Part shown: positions 27,017-35,470 of the stretch, in pieces | Numbering within the stretch: the stretch's first letter is position 1 | Layout: each line of letters begins with the position of its first letter | DNA from: Dehalococcoidia bacterium | Lineage (GTDB): Bacteria > Chloroflexota > Dehalococcoidia > Lucifugimonadales > CAJWER01 | Reading direction: 5' to 3' | Assembly: GCA_034420735.1 (NCBI GenBank) | Contig: DAOULA010000001.1 | Span: forward strand, 36,743-100,742 | DNA: 64,000 bases | Position numbers and translations under genes: made by a program | The notes under the pieces: generated by a model | Databases searched by the model: none | Told to the model about the DNA's origin: nothing | Seen by the model: the letters and a program-made list of their open reading frames with translations, nothing else

Positions 27017-28138
27017 TTAGTCGGCTGCGACTGCGCAGACTACGTGGACGCTAAGCCTCCAGTTGTCTCCGACGGCGCCGATGTTCTTCGCGATGGCCCC
27101 CCAGCGAGGAGACTTCTCGCCCGAAACACCGAGCGGATAGGACGCTACGATCGCGACGTTAGTCGGGATTTCGTCCTGCCGAGAGCCAGCCGGACCGAGA
27201 ATCCTGGCGCCGCCTCCGATGGCCACCTTGCCGTTTGTGCATTCCGCGACGAGGCTCTTGTCCTCGTTGTTGGACACGCTCTCGACCACCAGAATCTCGG
27301 CGCCGCTCACGCCAGCCGGTCCCCGAATGCCCTGCGGGCCGTGAGGTCCTGGCTCACCCTGCGGTCCTGCGAGACCCCTCGGTCCCGACGGACCCTGTGG
27401 CCCCTCGGGGCCCCTGGTACCCTGCGGACCCTGCGGACCCTGCGGACCCTGGTCACCCATCAGGCCTTGCGGTCCCTGAGCGCCCGGAGGTCCCTGCGGA
27501 CCGACTTCACCCTTGATTCCTGCCGGTCCCTGCGGGCCGGTGTCACCCTTCTGGCCACGGTCTCCAATGGGACCCTGCGGGCCAGTCGGGCCCTGAGCTC
27601 CCTGAGGCCCTGGCGGGCCGCCGGGATCGCCCTTTTCACCCTGGTCACCCTGATCACCCTTCGGGCCCTGAACGCCCTGAGGTCCCTGCGGGCCGGTGGC
27701 ACCGGTGTCACCTTTGTCACCCTTCGGGCCTCCGGGATCGCCTTGCTCACCCTGTGGACCTTCCGGACCCTGCGGGCCAGTAGCACCGGTTGCACCCCTC
27801 GGGCCCTGAATGCCCTGTTGGCCTTGCAGGCCCCGCGGACCCTGGCCTCCGGTGTCGCCCTTGGGGCCCTGCAGACCCGTGTCACCGGTCGCTCCCCTGG
27901 GGCCGGAGGGCCCCGGAGGTCCCTGCAGTCCCTGAGGCCCGGGGTCGCCCTGCAGGCCTTGTGCTCCTCGCTCGCCCTGCGGACCCTGCAGGCCCATAGG
28001 ACCTTCAGGCCCTTGAGGGCCCTGCAAGCCTTGCTCGCCCTGCGGGCCTATTTCGCCTGTACATGCGGCAAGCATTAGCGCGGCGCCGACAATCAGAACC
28101 AACAGGCCGAGCTGCCTTCCAATGAAGCCTTCGGACAT
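27017..28138 (-). CDS. Collagen-like (Gly-X-Y) repeat lipoprotein with a 94-aa globular C-terminal domain
   Basis: 373 aa. Lipobox LMLAAC|T. Uninterrupted Gly-X-Y from aa 28 to about 279, except two one-residue insertions ([14 protein letters not shown]). C-terminal [21 protein letters not shown]...HVVCAVAAD. Confidence 0.85.
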   Translation of the reverse strand: MSEGFIGRQLGLLVLIVGAALMLAACTGEIGPQGEQGLQGPQGPEGPMGLQGPQGERGAQGLQGDPGPQGLQGPPGPSGPRGATGDTGLQGPKGDTGGQGPRGLQGQQGIQGPRGATGATGPQGPEGPQGEQGDPGGPKGDKGDTGATGPQGPQGVQGPKGDQGDQGEKGDPGGPPGPQGAQGPTGPQGPIGDRGQKGDTGPQGPAGIKGEVGPQGPPGAQGPQGLMGDQGPQGPQGPQGTRGPEGPQGPSGPRGLAGPQGEPGPHGPQGIRGPAGVSGAEILVVESVSNNEDKSLVAECTNGKVAIGGGARILGPAGSRQDEIPTNVAIVASYPLGVSGEKSPRWGAIAKNIGAVGDNWRLSVHVVCAVAAD

Positions 28139-28185
28139 CCCATACCTCCATCACAGTCATTTCAGACTTGGCCGAACCGGGTGAT

Positions 28186-28214
28186 ATTCTACAACCTTGT
28201 TAACGTTATGGCAA
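28186..28214 (-). promoter_or_regulatory. Putative sigma-70 promoter of the collagen-like gene
   Basis: On the minus strand: TTGCCA (28214-28209), 17 nt, TAGAAT (28191-28186). GGAGGT RBS lies just upstream of the ATG at 28138. AT-rich intergenic region. Confidence 0.5.
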
Positions 28215-28254
28215 ACAGTTGTTGCTTCTGATCATACTAGGATTTTGAAACATT

Positions 28255-28947
28255 TCAAGACTTTTTCGCGGATTGCCTGGCAATCAGGGACTCAGGGCTC
28301 TCTATCCAGACCTCCCCGCCTTCGAAGTACTCTTTCTTCCAGATGGGCACGACTTCCTTGATGCGGTCGACGCTGTACTGGCAGGCCTCGAAGGCGTCGC
28401 GCCTGTGCGGAGAAGCCACCGCAACCACCAGGCTCACGTCCTCGATCTCCAGCCGGCCGAGGCGGTGGGCAATGGCAACGTCCTCCACCTCCCACCGGTC
28501 CCTGATCTCGGCTGCAATCTCAGCCAGTTTGTCGCCGGCCATGGGCTCGTAGGCCTCATACTCAAGGTAGAGCACCGTGCGATCGCCGGTCTGGGCCCTG
28601 GTCGTTCCAAGGAAGGTGATCACCGCGCCATTCGAGGGCTTTCGCACGCGGGCCGTTATGGCTTCCGGGTCCAGGCGCTCGTGTGTGACTACGATGGACC
28701 CAGCGCCCCCGCTGACCGGAGGAATCAACGCGACTTCGTCTCCGTCCCTGAGCTCATGGAGGTGGTCCCTGTATTCCCTGTTCACGGCGATGACAAGAGA
28801 GTCCGGGTCCTCCGTCAAACCTGGGAAGCGCCGGTTCACGTCGGCTGCTAGCTTGCCGACGGTCGCCCCTTCAGGAATCTCGAGCTCGACCGTGGACCTT
28901 CCTGCTCGTTCTCGATGACCGGCGAACAGCCTGACGTTGATCCTCAA
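28255..28947 (-). CDS. moaDE: Fused MoaD-MoaE molybdopterin synthase
   Basis: 230 aa, TTG start. N-terminal ThiS/MoaD fold ending ...ALIPPVSGG, directly continued by MoaE (ITFLGTTR, YEAYEPMA, IAHRLGRLEI, ASPHRRDAFEAC, PIWKKEYF). Confidence 0.85.
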   Translation of the reverse strand: MRINVRLFAGHRERAGRSTVELEIPEGATVGKLAADVNRRFPGLTEDPDSLVIAVNREYRDHLHELRDGDEVALIPPVSGGAGSIVVTHERLDPEAITARVRKPSNGAVITFLGTTRAQTGDRTVLYLEYEAYEPMAGDKLAEIAAEIRDRWEVEDVAIAHRLGRLEIEDVSLVVAVASPHRRDAFEACQYSVDRIKEVVPIWKKEYFEGGEVWIESPESLIARQSAKKS

Positions 28948-29114
28948 CTATTCCCCACCCTGAAACTTGAAGCTATTCTAGCACCTGGGGGCCATCCCGG
29001 AGAGAAACCAGACCGCCGTTTTGGAGGGACTTCGGGAAAGGCCGGTTACGGGATTCGTGCGGCACCTTCGACCGGACGGCCCGGGACTCCATGCCCTCGT
29101 TCCTGCTACTGCGC

Positions 29115-30311
29115 CTAGGCCGGCGCAGGTCCGCTTACTGCGACGACGTTGTCTGCGACAAGCTCTTCCAGGCGCTCCGAGGGGTAGCCGAGGATGTCGC
29201 GCAGCACGTGCTCCGTGTGCTCTCCGACGGTCGGCGCGGGCCCGACCTCCATGGGTGTGCGGCCGAACTTTATGGTCTTGCCGCTCACGTGGATCGAGCC
29301 GGCATGCGGGTCCGGCATCTCGACGAGGACCTCCCGCTCGTGTACGTGTGGGTCGACTGCCGCCTGCTCGATGCTATTCACAGGGGCTGCCGGCACGCTG
29401 AACGCCGACAGGTGGTCGACCGCCTCTTTGGTGGTGCGCTGGGCGAACCAGCTCTCAAGGGCGACAGCGATTTCGTCGATCCGTTCGTCCCTTCCGCGTC
29501 TCGATGCCATGTCCTCGTCGGCGCTCCAGTCCGCCCACTCCAGGGCTTCGCACACCCTGGGCCAGATCGCGTCGCTCGCCGCGTGCAGCAGGGCCCATCC
29601 GTCCCTGGTCCTGTAGGCGTTCGTCAGGCCCTTGCCGTTGCCCTCGCGCTGCACCACAGTGCCGTCTGCAAGGTACGCGGCGATTGGGATCTCGTTTGCC
29701 GTGAACCCGGAGTCGGCCAGGGAGACGTCAATAGTCTGGCCTCTGCCCGACACGCCGCGCTCGTGCAGGGCCGCGAGGGCGCCGATGGTCGCGTGAAGGG
29801 CGGTGATGCGGTCTATAAGAGGAAAGAAGGTCTTGGTAGGAGGGTCGCCGGGAAACCCAGTGAGGGACATCATGCCGCCCAGCGCCTGGCCTATCGGGTC
29901 GAAGCCTATGCGGTCGCTGTACGGGCCGTCCTGCCCGTAGGCCGAGACATTGATCATGATGATGCCGGGGTTTAGCCGCTCGAGCACGTCATATCCGAAG
30001 CCCATCTTCTCGATCGTGCCGGGCCTGAAGTTCTGGAGCAGTACGTCGGATGCGCGAACGAGATCGCGAAGCACGGCCTTGCCTTCGTCCTTGCGAAGGT
30101 CTATGGCGAGGCTCTTCTTACCGCTGTTGTACTGGACCCAGTACGCGCTCTGGCCTTTCACGATGGGGCCGTTGCTCCGGCTCTCGTCGCCCTTGAGCGA
30201 TTCGACCTTGATGACCTCTGCCCCAAGCCTGGTGAACATGAGGCCGCAGCGAGGCCCGGCCTGGTACCTCCCCAGGTCGAGCACGCGGATACCGGCCAGC
30301 GGTGCCGTCAC
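29115..30311 (-). CDS. CaiB/BaiF family III CoA-transferase
   Basis: Tracked ORF extends to 30641 but overlaps the crotonase gene. In-frame GTG at 30311 gives VTAPLAGIRVLDLGRYQAGPRCG... and forms a GTGA overlap with the upstream stop. Confidence 0.9.
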   Translation of the reverse strand: MTAPLAGIRVLDLGRYQAGPRCGLMFTRLGAEVIKVESLKGDESRSNGPIVKGQSAYWVQYNSGKKSLAIDLRKDEGKAVLRDLVRASDVLLQNFRPGTIEKMGFGYDVLERLNPGIIMINVSAYGQDGPYSDRIGFDPIGQALGGMMSLTGFPGDPPTKTFFPLIDRITALHATIGALAALHERGVSGRGQTIDVSLADSGFTANEIPIAAYLADGTVVQREGNGKGLTNAYRTRDGWALLHAASDAIWPRVCEALEWADWSADEDMASRRGRDERIDEIAVALESWFAQRTTKEAVDHLSAFSVPAAPVNSIEQAAVDPHVHEREVLVEMPDPHAGSIHVSGKTIKFGRTPMEVGPAPTVGEHTEHVLRDILGYPSERLEELVADNVVAVSGPAPA

Positions 30312-31063
30312 TTCCTGCCCTTGCGGTCCAGGAAGCTCTGGAAGCCCTCGTTGATAGGGGTTGGGGCCAGCTTGCCCGCCTGGGCTTCCATCTCGTTCTG
30401 GTGCATCTCCTTCCAACCCAGTCCCACGTCCTCGATCATCAGCTCCTTGACGCCCTGCACCATGCGGGTGTCGTTCGCGGCGATCTGCCTGCCTATCTCC
30501 ATGGCCTTGGGCAGCAACAGGTCGGCCGCGACGAGGTGGTTGAGTAGCCCGATGCGGTGGGCCTCCTTCGCCTGCACCACGCGAGCTGTGAAGAGCAGCT
30601 CCTTTGCGATGGGCCAGCCGACCTGCATCGGCAGGTTCCACGTCGAGTTGACGCGGCCGTAGGAGGCGGCAAGGAAACGGAAGCTGGTGTTCTCGGAGCC
30701 CACCCTGATGTCGAGACTTGCAGCCAGCACCGCTCCGCCGCCGTACGCCAGGCCGTTGATGGCGCCTATCGTGGGCTTGCTGCAGCTCGCGATGTGCCAG
30801 GCGTACTCGGAGCGGCGCGGGTCTGGTGCCGATGATTCGGCCTGCTCCGCGAGCCTGGCCATTTCGTGGATGTCTGCGCCGGCTGAGAAGGCGCGCCCGC
30901 CAGCCCCGGTGATGACTATCGCGGCGATTTCGGGGTCGTTCTCGAACGCGGCAATGGCCTCGTCGATCTCCCTGCTCATCGCCCTGTTCATGGCATTCAG
31001 GACTTCGGGCCGATTCAGCGTGATGACGCCGACGCCACGATCTTTCTCTACGAGGATGGTCAT
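30308..31063 (-). CDS. Enoyl-CoA hydratase/isomerase (crotonase) family
   Basis: 251 aa: GVITLNRPEVLNAM, VITGAGGRAFSAGADI, INGLAYGGGAVLA. Confidence 0.9.
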   Translation of the reverse strand: MTILVEKDRGVGVITLNRPEVLNAMNRAMSREIDEAIAAFENDPEIAAIVITGAGGRAFSAGADIHEMARLAEQAESSAPDPRRSEYAWHIASCSKPTIGAINGLAYGGGAVLAASLDIRVGSENTSFRFLAASYGRVNSTWNLPMQVGWPIAKELLFTARVVQAKEAHRIGLLNHLVAADLLLPKAMEIGRQIAANDTRMVQGVKELMIEDVGLGWKEMHQNEMEAQAGKLAPTPINEGFQSFLDRKGRK

Positions 31064-31107
31064 GCGGGGATTATATGTGGCGTGTGCACCGAGGGCAATC
31101 TCTCGCC

Positions 31108-32322
31108 TCAGGCCGCAGTTCTAATCCCCCAGGCTTCGTCGCGCAGTTCCTTGACTCTACCGGCAAGGTGGCCGACCCTCGCAAGTATGTCGTCTAGCGT
31201 ACCTGAGAGATCGAGCGCCGCGACCTCCAGCCGCTTGCCGGTGTGACGGACATGATGTGTCACCGTGTCTGCCTCGCCTTTCGCGTAGACCAGCAGGCCA
31301 CCCGGCAGATCCAAAGCGGTGACGTACGCAAGCATCTGGTACAGGTCTGCATTGGGCACCCACCCTCCGGTGAGATTCTTGTACTTCGCGTCGCCCACGA
31401 ACAGGCACTCTCCGCCGTGCCACCAAGTGAGGTCGGGCCGGAGGCTTACCTTGCCTCCCACATCTAGGCTGCGGATGCTCTTCTCGAGGAATACGCGCTG
31501 CGAGACGCCCAGTGCTTCCCTGAGCGCCGCCGTCACGAATTCCTGGAAGACGTCGTTCATGTCCATGAGGAACCCGGACGCCCGGACGGTCCCTCGGTTG
31601 GACTCGAAAGCGGTGTGCCTCAGGACGAGCGTCGATAAAGCGATTACTTCGTTGTAGTGCTCATTCAGCCTGTCGAGACTGACCTCAGGCACGGCGTTCG
31701 GCTGGAACTCAACCAGCGAAACGTTGTCGAGGATCCCTAGAATCCGCCCCATATCGGAGCGAGCCCGAAGCGAGCGCAGCCCGGCCATGGCCAGCCGCAC
31801 GGCTGCGGCCTTGACCAGCCTGTTGGCCAGGATGTCGTCGGTAAACTCATCGTACCGCACCTCGACCGGGAGAGGCACGCCGAACCTGCGGCTGACCTGC
31901 TCGTTGAACCGGATGCGCCCGCGCAAGGTGTGCAGTGCTTCCTCCTCTGTGCGGTAGCCATGGAGCAGGCCGCGGGAGAATGCACGCCGGGCAGCTGAGG
32001 CGAGCGCGAGGGCCAGCACGTCCGGCAATGCGTACTCGCGGGGAAAGTCGAACAGCTCCCGTCGCGGTCTGAATCTGCTCATCGCGAAGCATGCCAACGA
32101 GAGTAGCTGAGGGATGCCTATCTTGGGCTTGATGAGCACCGACAGTTCGCCTACCTCGACTGCCCCTACGATAGACCCCGGCGTCACGTAATACGCGCCG
32201 TCAGAGCCCGGCGCAGGTTCGAGGGTAAGGGATGGCAGCGCCTCCCGAATAGCCCCACGCTCGGCGACCGACAGGGCTACCGGCTTACTCTTCTCGTATT
32301 CCTTCAGATCGACTCGGCGCAT
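31108..32322 (-). CDS. mcrC: McrC-like nuclease subunit of a McrBC-type system
   Basis: 404 aa. PD-(D/E)xK core LRPDLTWW...FVGDAKYK and McrC-type N-terminal region. The start shares one nucleotide with the McrB stop (TAATG). Confidence 0.85.
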   Translation of the reverse strand: MRRVDLKEYEKSKPVALSVAERGAIREALPSLTLEPAPGSDGAYYVTPGSIVGAVEVGELSVLIKPKIGIPQLLSLACFAMSRFRPRRELFDFPREYALPDVLALALASAARRAFSRGLLHGYRTEEEALHTLRGRIRFNEQVSRRFGVPLPVEVRYDEFTDDILANRLVKAAAVRLAMAGLRSLRARSDMGRILGILDNVSLVEFQPNAVPEVSLDRLNEHYNEVIALSTLVLRHTAFESNRGTVRASGFLMDMNDVFQEFVTAALREALGVSQRVFLEKSIRSLDVGGKVSLRPDLTWWHGGECLFVGDAKYKNLTGGWVPNADLYQMLAYVTALDLPGGLLVYAKGEADTVTHHVRHTGKRLEVAALDLSGTLDDILARVGHLAGRVKELRDEAWGIRTAA

Positions 32323-34217
32323 TACTGAGCTTCGCCGTTCCTTGTCCCGCTATCGTCCCTTACCCAATAGTGATTGGGCTTCCGGTCCATGTCAGTCCTG
32401 TTTGCGCACGCTTCGAAAGCCTCTCCGTCGATTACCGTTACCAAGTGCATTCTCACTCTTGCTATGAAGCCCTGGTTGACTTCGGCTAACTGGCCCAGGG
32501 TGGGCCTCCCGTCCTTTGGGAGAGTGATTCGCTTTAGGCCTGCGGCTTTGAAGGCCGCGTGCCAGTTCTGCCAGCGGCTCGAGATGTCGCCCTGAGTCGC
32601 ACCGCCCTCAGCCTCGATTCGGACTGCTGCTTCCTCTTTGCTGATGCCTAGCATCAGGCTAAGGCCGTCCACGATGCAGTCGAGGGGAGATACCTCGGAC
32701 ATCAGCTTATCCAAGTCGAACTCGTCGAGGCGGTTGTCGTCCCCATAGAGGCGCTCCTCGATATACGGGAGGACGCTGTGCTTCCATATGCGCTCGACGG
32801 CGGCATCGTCGAGACCGTCCTTCATGAAGTAGCTCGGCCCAATGGCTGCGTGGCGGTCGCCCTCAAGCAGTTCATTGGCACGCTCGACCACGTCGGCTAC
32901 CCACTCCATGGCGGGCGCCTTGGCCTCCAGCCAGCGCCTGAGCACGCCCTTCACAGGCTCGTCGTCCGGGTGGAACTCCACGAAGTAGAAGCGGCGGCGC
33001 AGCGCGAGGTCCACCAGTGCTATGGAGCGGTCGGCTGTGTTCATCGTGCCGATGATGTAGAGGTTGCCAGGTAGCGAGAACGGCTTGTCTGAGTACTGGA
33101 GGCAAATGCTCTCGTCGCGGTACTCCAGCAGGAAATAGAGCTCGCCGAGCACCTTCGCGATCTGGCCGCGATTGATCTCGTCGATGATGAGAAAGTGCTT
33201 CGAGTCTGGATCCTTCCTAGCGCGCTCGGCAGCGCTCAGCAACGGGCCACCCCGCAGCTCGAATCCAGGTTGCTCATCCCCTACGAGCGCCGGACGGAAG
33301 CCCTGCACGAAGTCCTCATAGGCGTAGGACGGGTGGAACTGCACCAGCGTAACGCGCTCCCCCGACCCAGCGAGATGTCTGGCCAGCTTCTGCGCAACGT
33401 AGGTCTTGCCTGTGCCGGGCGGCCCCTGGAAGATGACCTGCTGTTTGTCGTAGAGCAAGGTTTCGACCTCGCGTAAGAACTCGGCGGGTAGTTGCAACTC
33501 CTCGGCGAGGTCCTCCAGCGAAGTTACTTCAGCATCAGGCGTGATGCCTCTCGTCGTTTCGTCTTCACCGGAACCATTACGCTGCAAGGAGTCGGGATAG
33601 CGATACACCACCGACTGAGCTTCAAGGCGGTTATTCGGCCTGGCGAGGTTAAGTAGAGTTGCTCGTTCGACGAGTTTGTCCAAGAACGCTAGTGCATGCT
33701 CATATATCTCGGCCTCGTCCGCGCCCCTAGGAAAATCGGGATACCCGAGGGTCTTGCATGCCCTTGTGAACTCGGTCCACTTGAAGGGTGGGTACTGCTC
33801 AGGCCCCAGTGCCATCAGAAGGACGGATACAGTCCTCATCCTGTTTCCGGCACCCTTAAAGTTTCTGGGGTGCTCTGGGTCGTCCTGCACCCGTGCCACG
33901 AACGCACTGATACGGTCCCCAATCGGTGTATCGTCCTTCGCCCAGAGTGCTTGCATGGCTTGCAAGGCGTCGTCTGGCTCAGCCTTGAACCATCTCGTTA
34001 ACACTTGTGCATCACGCCAAGTCATGAGACTGGTGCTGAGTCCCTTCTTCACCGCCTCTGGCCACTCACTCTTGCTTGAGAGTACTAGGTCGCGCGCCCT
34101 TCTGAGGTCTCTGCCGATCGCGAGCTTGTAATCTATCTCCTCCGCATCCATTCGTCCTGAAGCTATGAATTCTCTGGCACGATCGAGATACTCTCCCCAC
34201 AGATTGCGTTCTCCCAT
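32322..34217 (-). CDS. mcrB: McrB-like AAA+ GTPase with non-canonical N-terminal domain and extra C-terminal domain
   Basis: 631 aa. Walker A GPPGTGKT (aa 265-272), Walker B FLIIDEINR (342-350), McrB signature MNTADRS (392-398), RRRF. GGGGAGA RBS before the ATG at 34217. About 215-aa helical N-domain and about 125-aa C-terminal tail (aa 505-631). Confidence 0.85.
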   Translation of the reverse strand: MGERNLWGEYLDRAREFIASGRMDAEEIDYKLAIGRDLRRARDLVLSSKSEWPEAVKKGLSTSLMTWRDAQVLTRWFKAEPDDALQAMQALWAKDDTPIGDRISAFVARVQDDPEHPRNFKGAGNRMRTVSVLLMALGPEQYPPFKWTEFTRACKTLGYPDFPRGADEAEIYEHALAFLDKLVERATLLNLARPNNRLEAQSVVYRYPDSLQRNGSGEDETTRGITPDAEVTSLEDLAEELQLPAEFLREVETLLYDKQQVIFQGPPGTGKTYVAQKLARHLAGSGERVTLVQFHPSYAYEDFVQGFRPALVGDEQPGFELRGGPLLSAAERARKDPDSKHFLIIDEINRGQIAKVLGELYFLLEYRDESICLQYSDKPFSLPGNLYIIGTMNTADRSIALVDLALRRRFYFVEFHPDDEPVKGVLRRWLEAKAPAMEWVADVVERANELLEGDRHAAIGPSYFMKDGLDDAAVERIWKHSVLPYIEERLYGDDNRLDEFDLDKLMSEVSPLDCIVDGLSLMLGISKEEAAVRIEAEGGATQGDISSRWQNWHAAFKAAGLKRITLPKDGRPTLGQLAEVNQGFIARVRMHLVTVIDGEAFEACANRTDMDRKPNHYWVRDDSGTRNGEAQ

Positions 34218-34226
34218 CGTTCTCCC

Positions 34227-34514
34227 CTACTCCATTACCAGCGAGTCGATTGTGGTGTCGAGGGCTTTGGCGATGCGGGACAGGCTCGCGGCGGAGCCGG
34301 GCTTGAGGCCGCGCTCGATCTCGGAGAGGTAGCTCGCGGGGACTCCGGTTCTGTCGGACAGGTCGCACAGCGTGATGCCGGCGTGACTTCGGAATGCGGC
34401 CACGGGGTTTGCGCCTCGCATGATGGCAAGGGCTACGTCGTGCGGGATGCGGCTCCCGTCGTCCGCTTCGAAAGCGGCCATGCTGTCCTCTAGATCAATT
34501 CTGTGGGCGACCAA
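34227..34514 (-). CDS. XRE-family helix-turn-helix protein, first gene of the McrBC operon
   Basis: ITLCDLSDRTGVPASYLSEIERGLKPGSAASLSRIAKAL is a classic HTH_XRE. The ORF starts at TTG 34514, but ATG 34481 with a GAGGA RBS is more likely. The stop is 9 nt before the mcrB ATG. Confidence 0.8.
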   Translation of the reverse strand: MVAHRIDLEDSMAAFEADDGSRIPHDVALAIMRGANPVAAFRSHAGITLCDLSDRTGVPASYLSEIERGLKPGSAASLSRIAKALDTTIDSLVME

Positions 34515-34641
34515 GGCTCTTATTCCTCCGTGAGTGGAGCTAGGCTACCGGTGCCAATGAAACGTCCCCATCATACGTTTGTCAAGGGCTGCTGCCCTAC
34601 CCTATAATCGGCGCGTTTCTGGCCGTACAGGAGAGTGAACC

Positions 34642-35451
34642 ATGGCGGATGAACGCCTGCTGGAATTGGCCCAGCCCTGGATAGAGAATCAACTTGGGGT
34701 GCCGCTGTCGCGGATGAGCGGCGACTCGACGCCGGTTGTTCCCATCGGCACGGACGCGCACGGTCCGCTGAGGGGGCTGAAGATTGGCGAGAAGACGATA
34801 GTCGCGTGCCGTGGCGAGTGGGTCGACAGGCTGCAGGAGATCGTCGACGACCTCGACCCGGACCTGCTCTTCTCGATGTTTGGCGCGTACGAGCTGGCCC
34901 GCGTGACGCTGCGTGACGACGTCGGCATCTGGGGCCCGTCGTGGTACCTCTTCGGCGACGAGCAGTCCTGGAAACCCCTGAAGGACGACCGTGTTGTCAT
35001 GCTCGAGCCGGCTCAATTGAAGGACGTGGACTACCGCTTTTTCTGGCACTGCGACCCCAGGGCCCTGGCCGGTTTCGCCATCTACGACGGCGACCGGCTG
35101 ATCGCGCTGGCGAATGTCTGGGACGAGGGCGGCGACGTGTGGGAGATCGGCATGGACGTCGTCCAGGACGTCAAGCTGCGGGGACTTGGCCGAGCGGTTG
35201 TCAGTGCCGCGGCGCGGTGGATCCTGGACAACGGCCGGCTGGTCGTAGCGTCCACGGCGCAGTTCAACGTGCCGTCGGCCCGTACCCTCCGGTCGGTGGG
35301 CCTGCGCCACGTCATGACGTCGATGCACGGGAGCGAGGGTGGGATGAATCTCGCGCCGCAGCCGCTCGGCGCGCCTTACCCGGGCGCCAAGACACACAAC
35401 CTGTATCCGAAATGGGCGATGAACCACGAGATTCTCCCAAAGAATGGGTAA
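34642..35451 (+). CDS. GNAT-family N-acetyltransferase (tentative)
   Basis: 269 aa. The C-terminal half has a GNAT motif-A-like KLRGLGRAVVSAAARW and a NVPSARTLRSVG tail. The N-terminal half is not recognised. Confidence 0.55.
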   Translation: MADERLLELAQPWIENQLGVPLSRMSGDSTPVVPIGTDAHGPLRGLKIGEKTIVACRGEWVDRLQEIVDDLDPDLLFSMFGAYELARVTLRDDVGIWGPSWYLFGDEQSWKPLKDDRVVMLEPAQLKDVDYRFFWHCDPRALAGFAIYDGDRLIALANVWDEGGDVWEIGMDVVQDVKLRGLGRAVVSAAARWILDNGRLVVASTAQFNVPSARTLRSVGLRHVMTSMHGSEGGMNLAPQPLGAPYPGAKTHNLYPKWAMNHEILPKNG

Positions 35452-35470
35452 CCAGGGGCAAGCGCGCACG

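Noticed and set aside
27002-28078. 358-aa plus-strand ORF opposite the collagen-like gene
   Set aside because: The antisense of GGN-CCN-rich Gly-X-Y codons stays open by construction. The minus-strand reading gives a perfect Gly-X-Y periodicity plus lipobox, promoter and terminator.
28948-29114. Moco riboswitch upstream of moaDE
   Set aside because: No convincing match to the conserved Moco motif elements was seen by eye. A TGC-TAGAAT extended -10 at about 28975-28983 leaves only a short leader. Not verified computationally.
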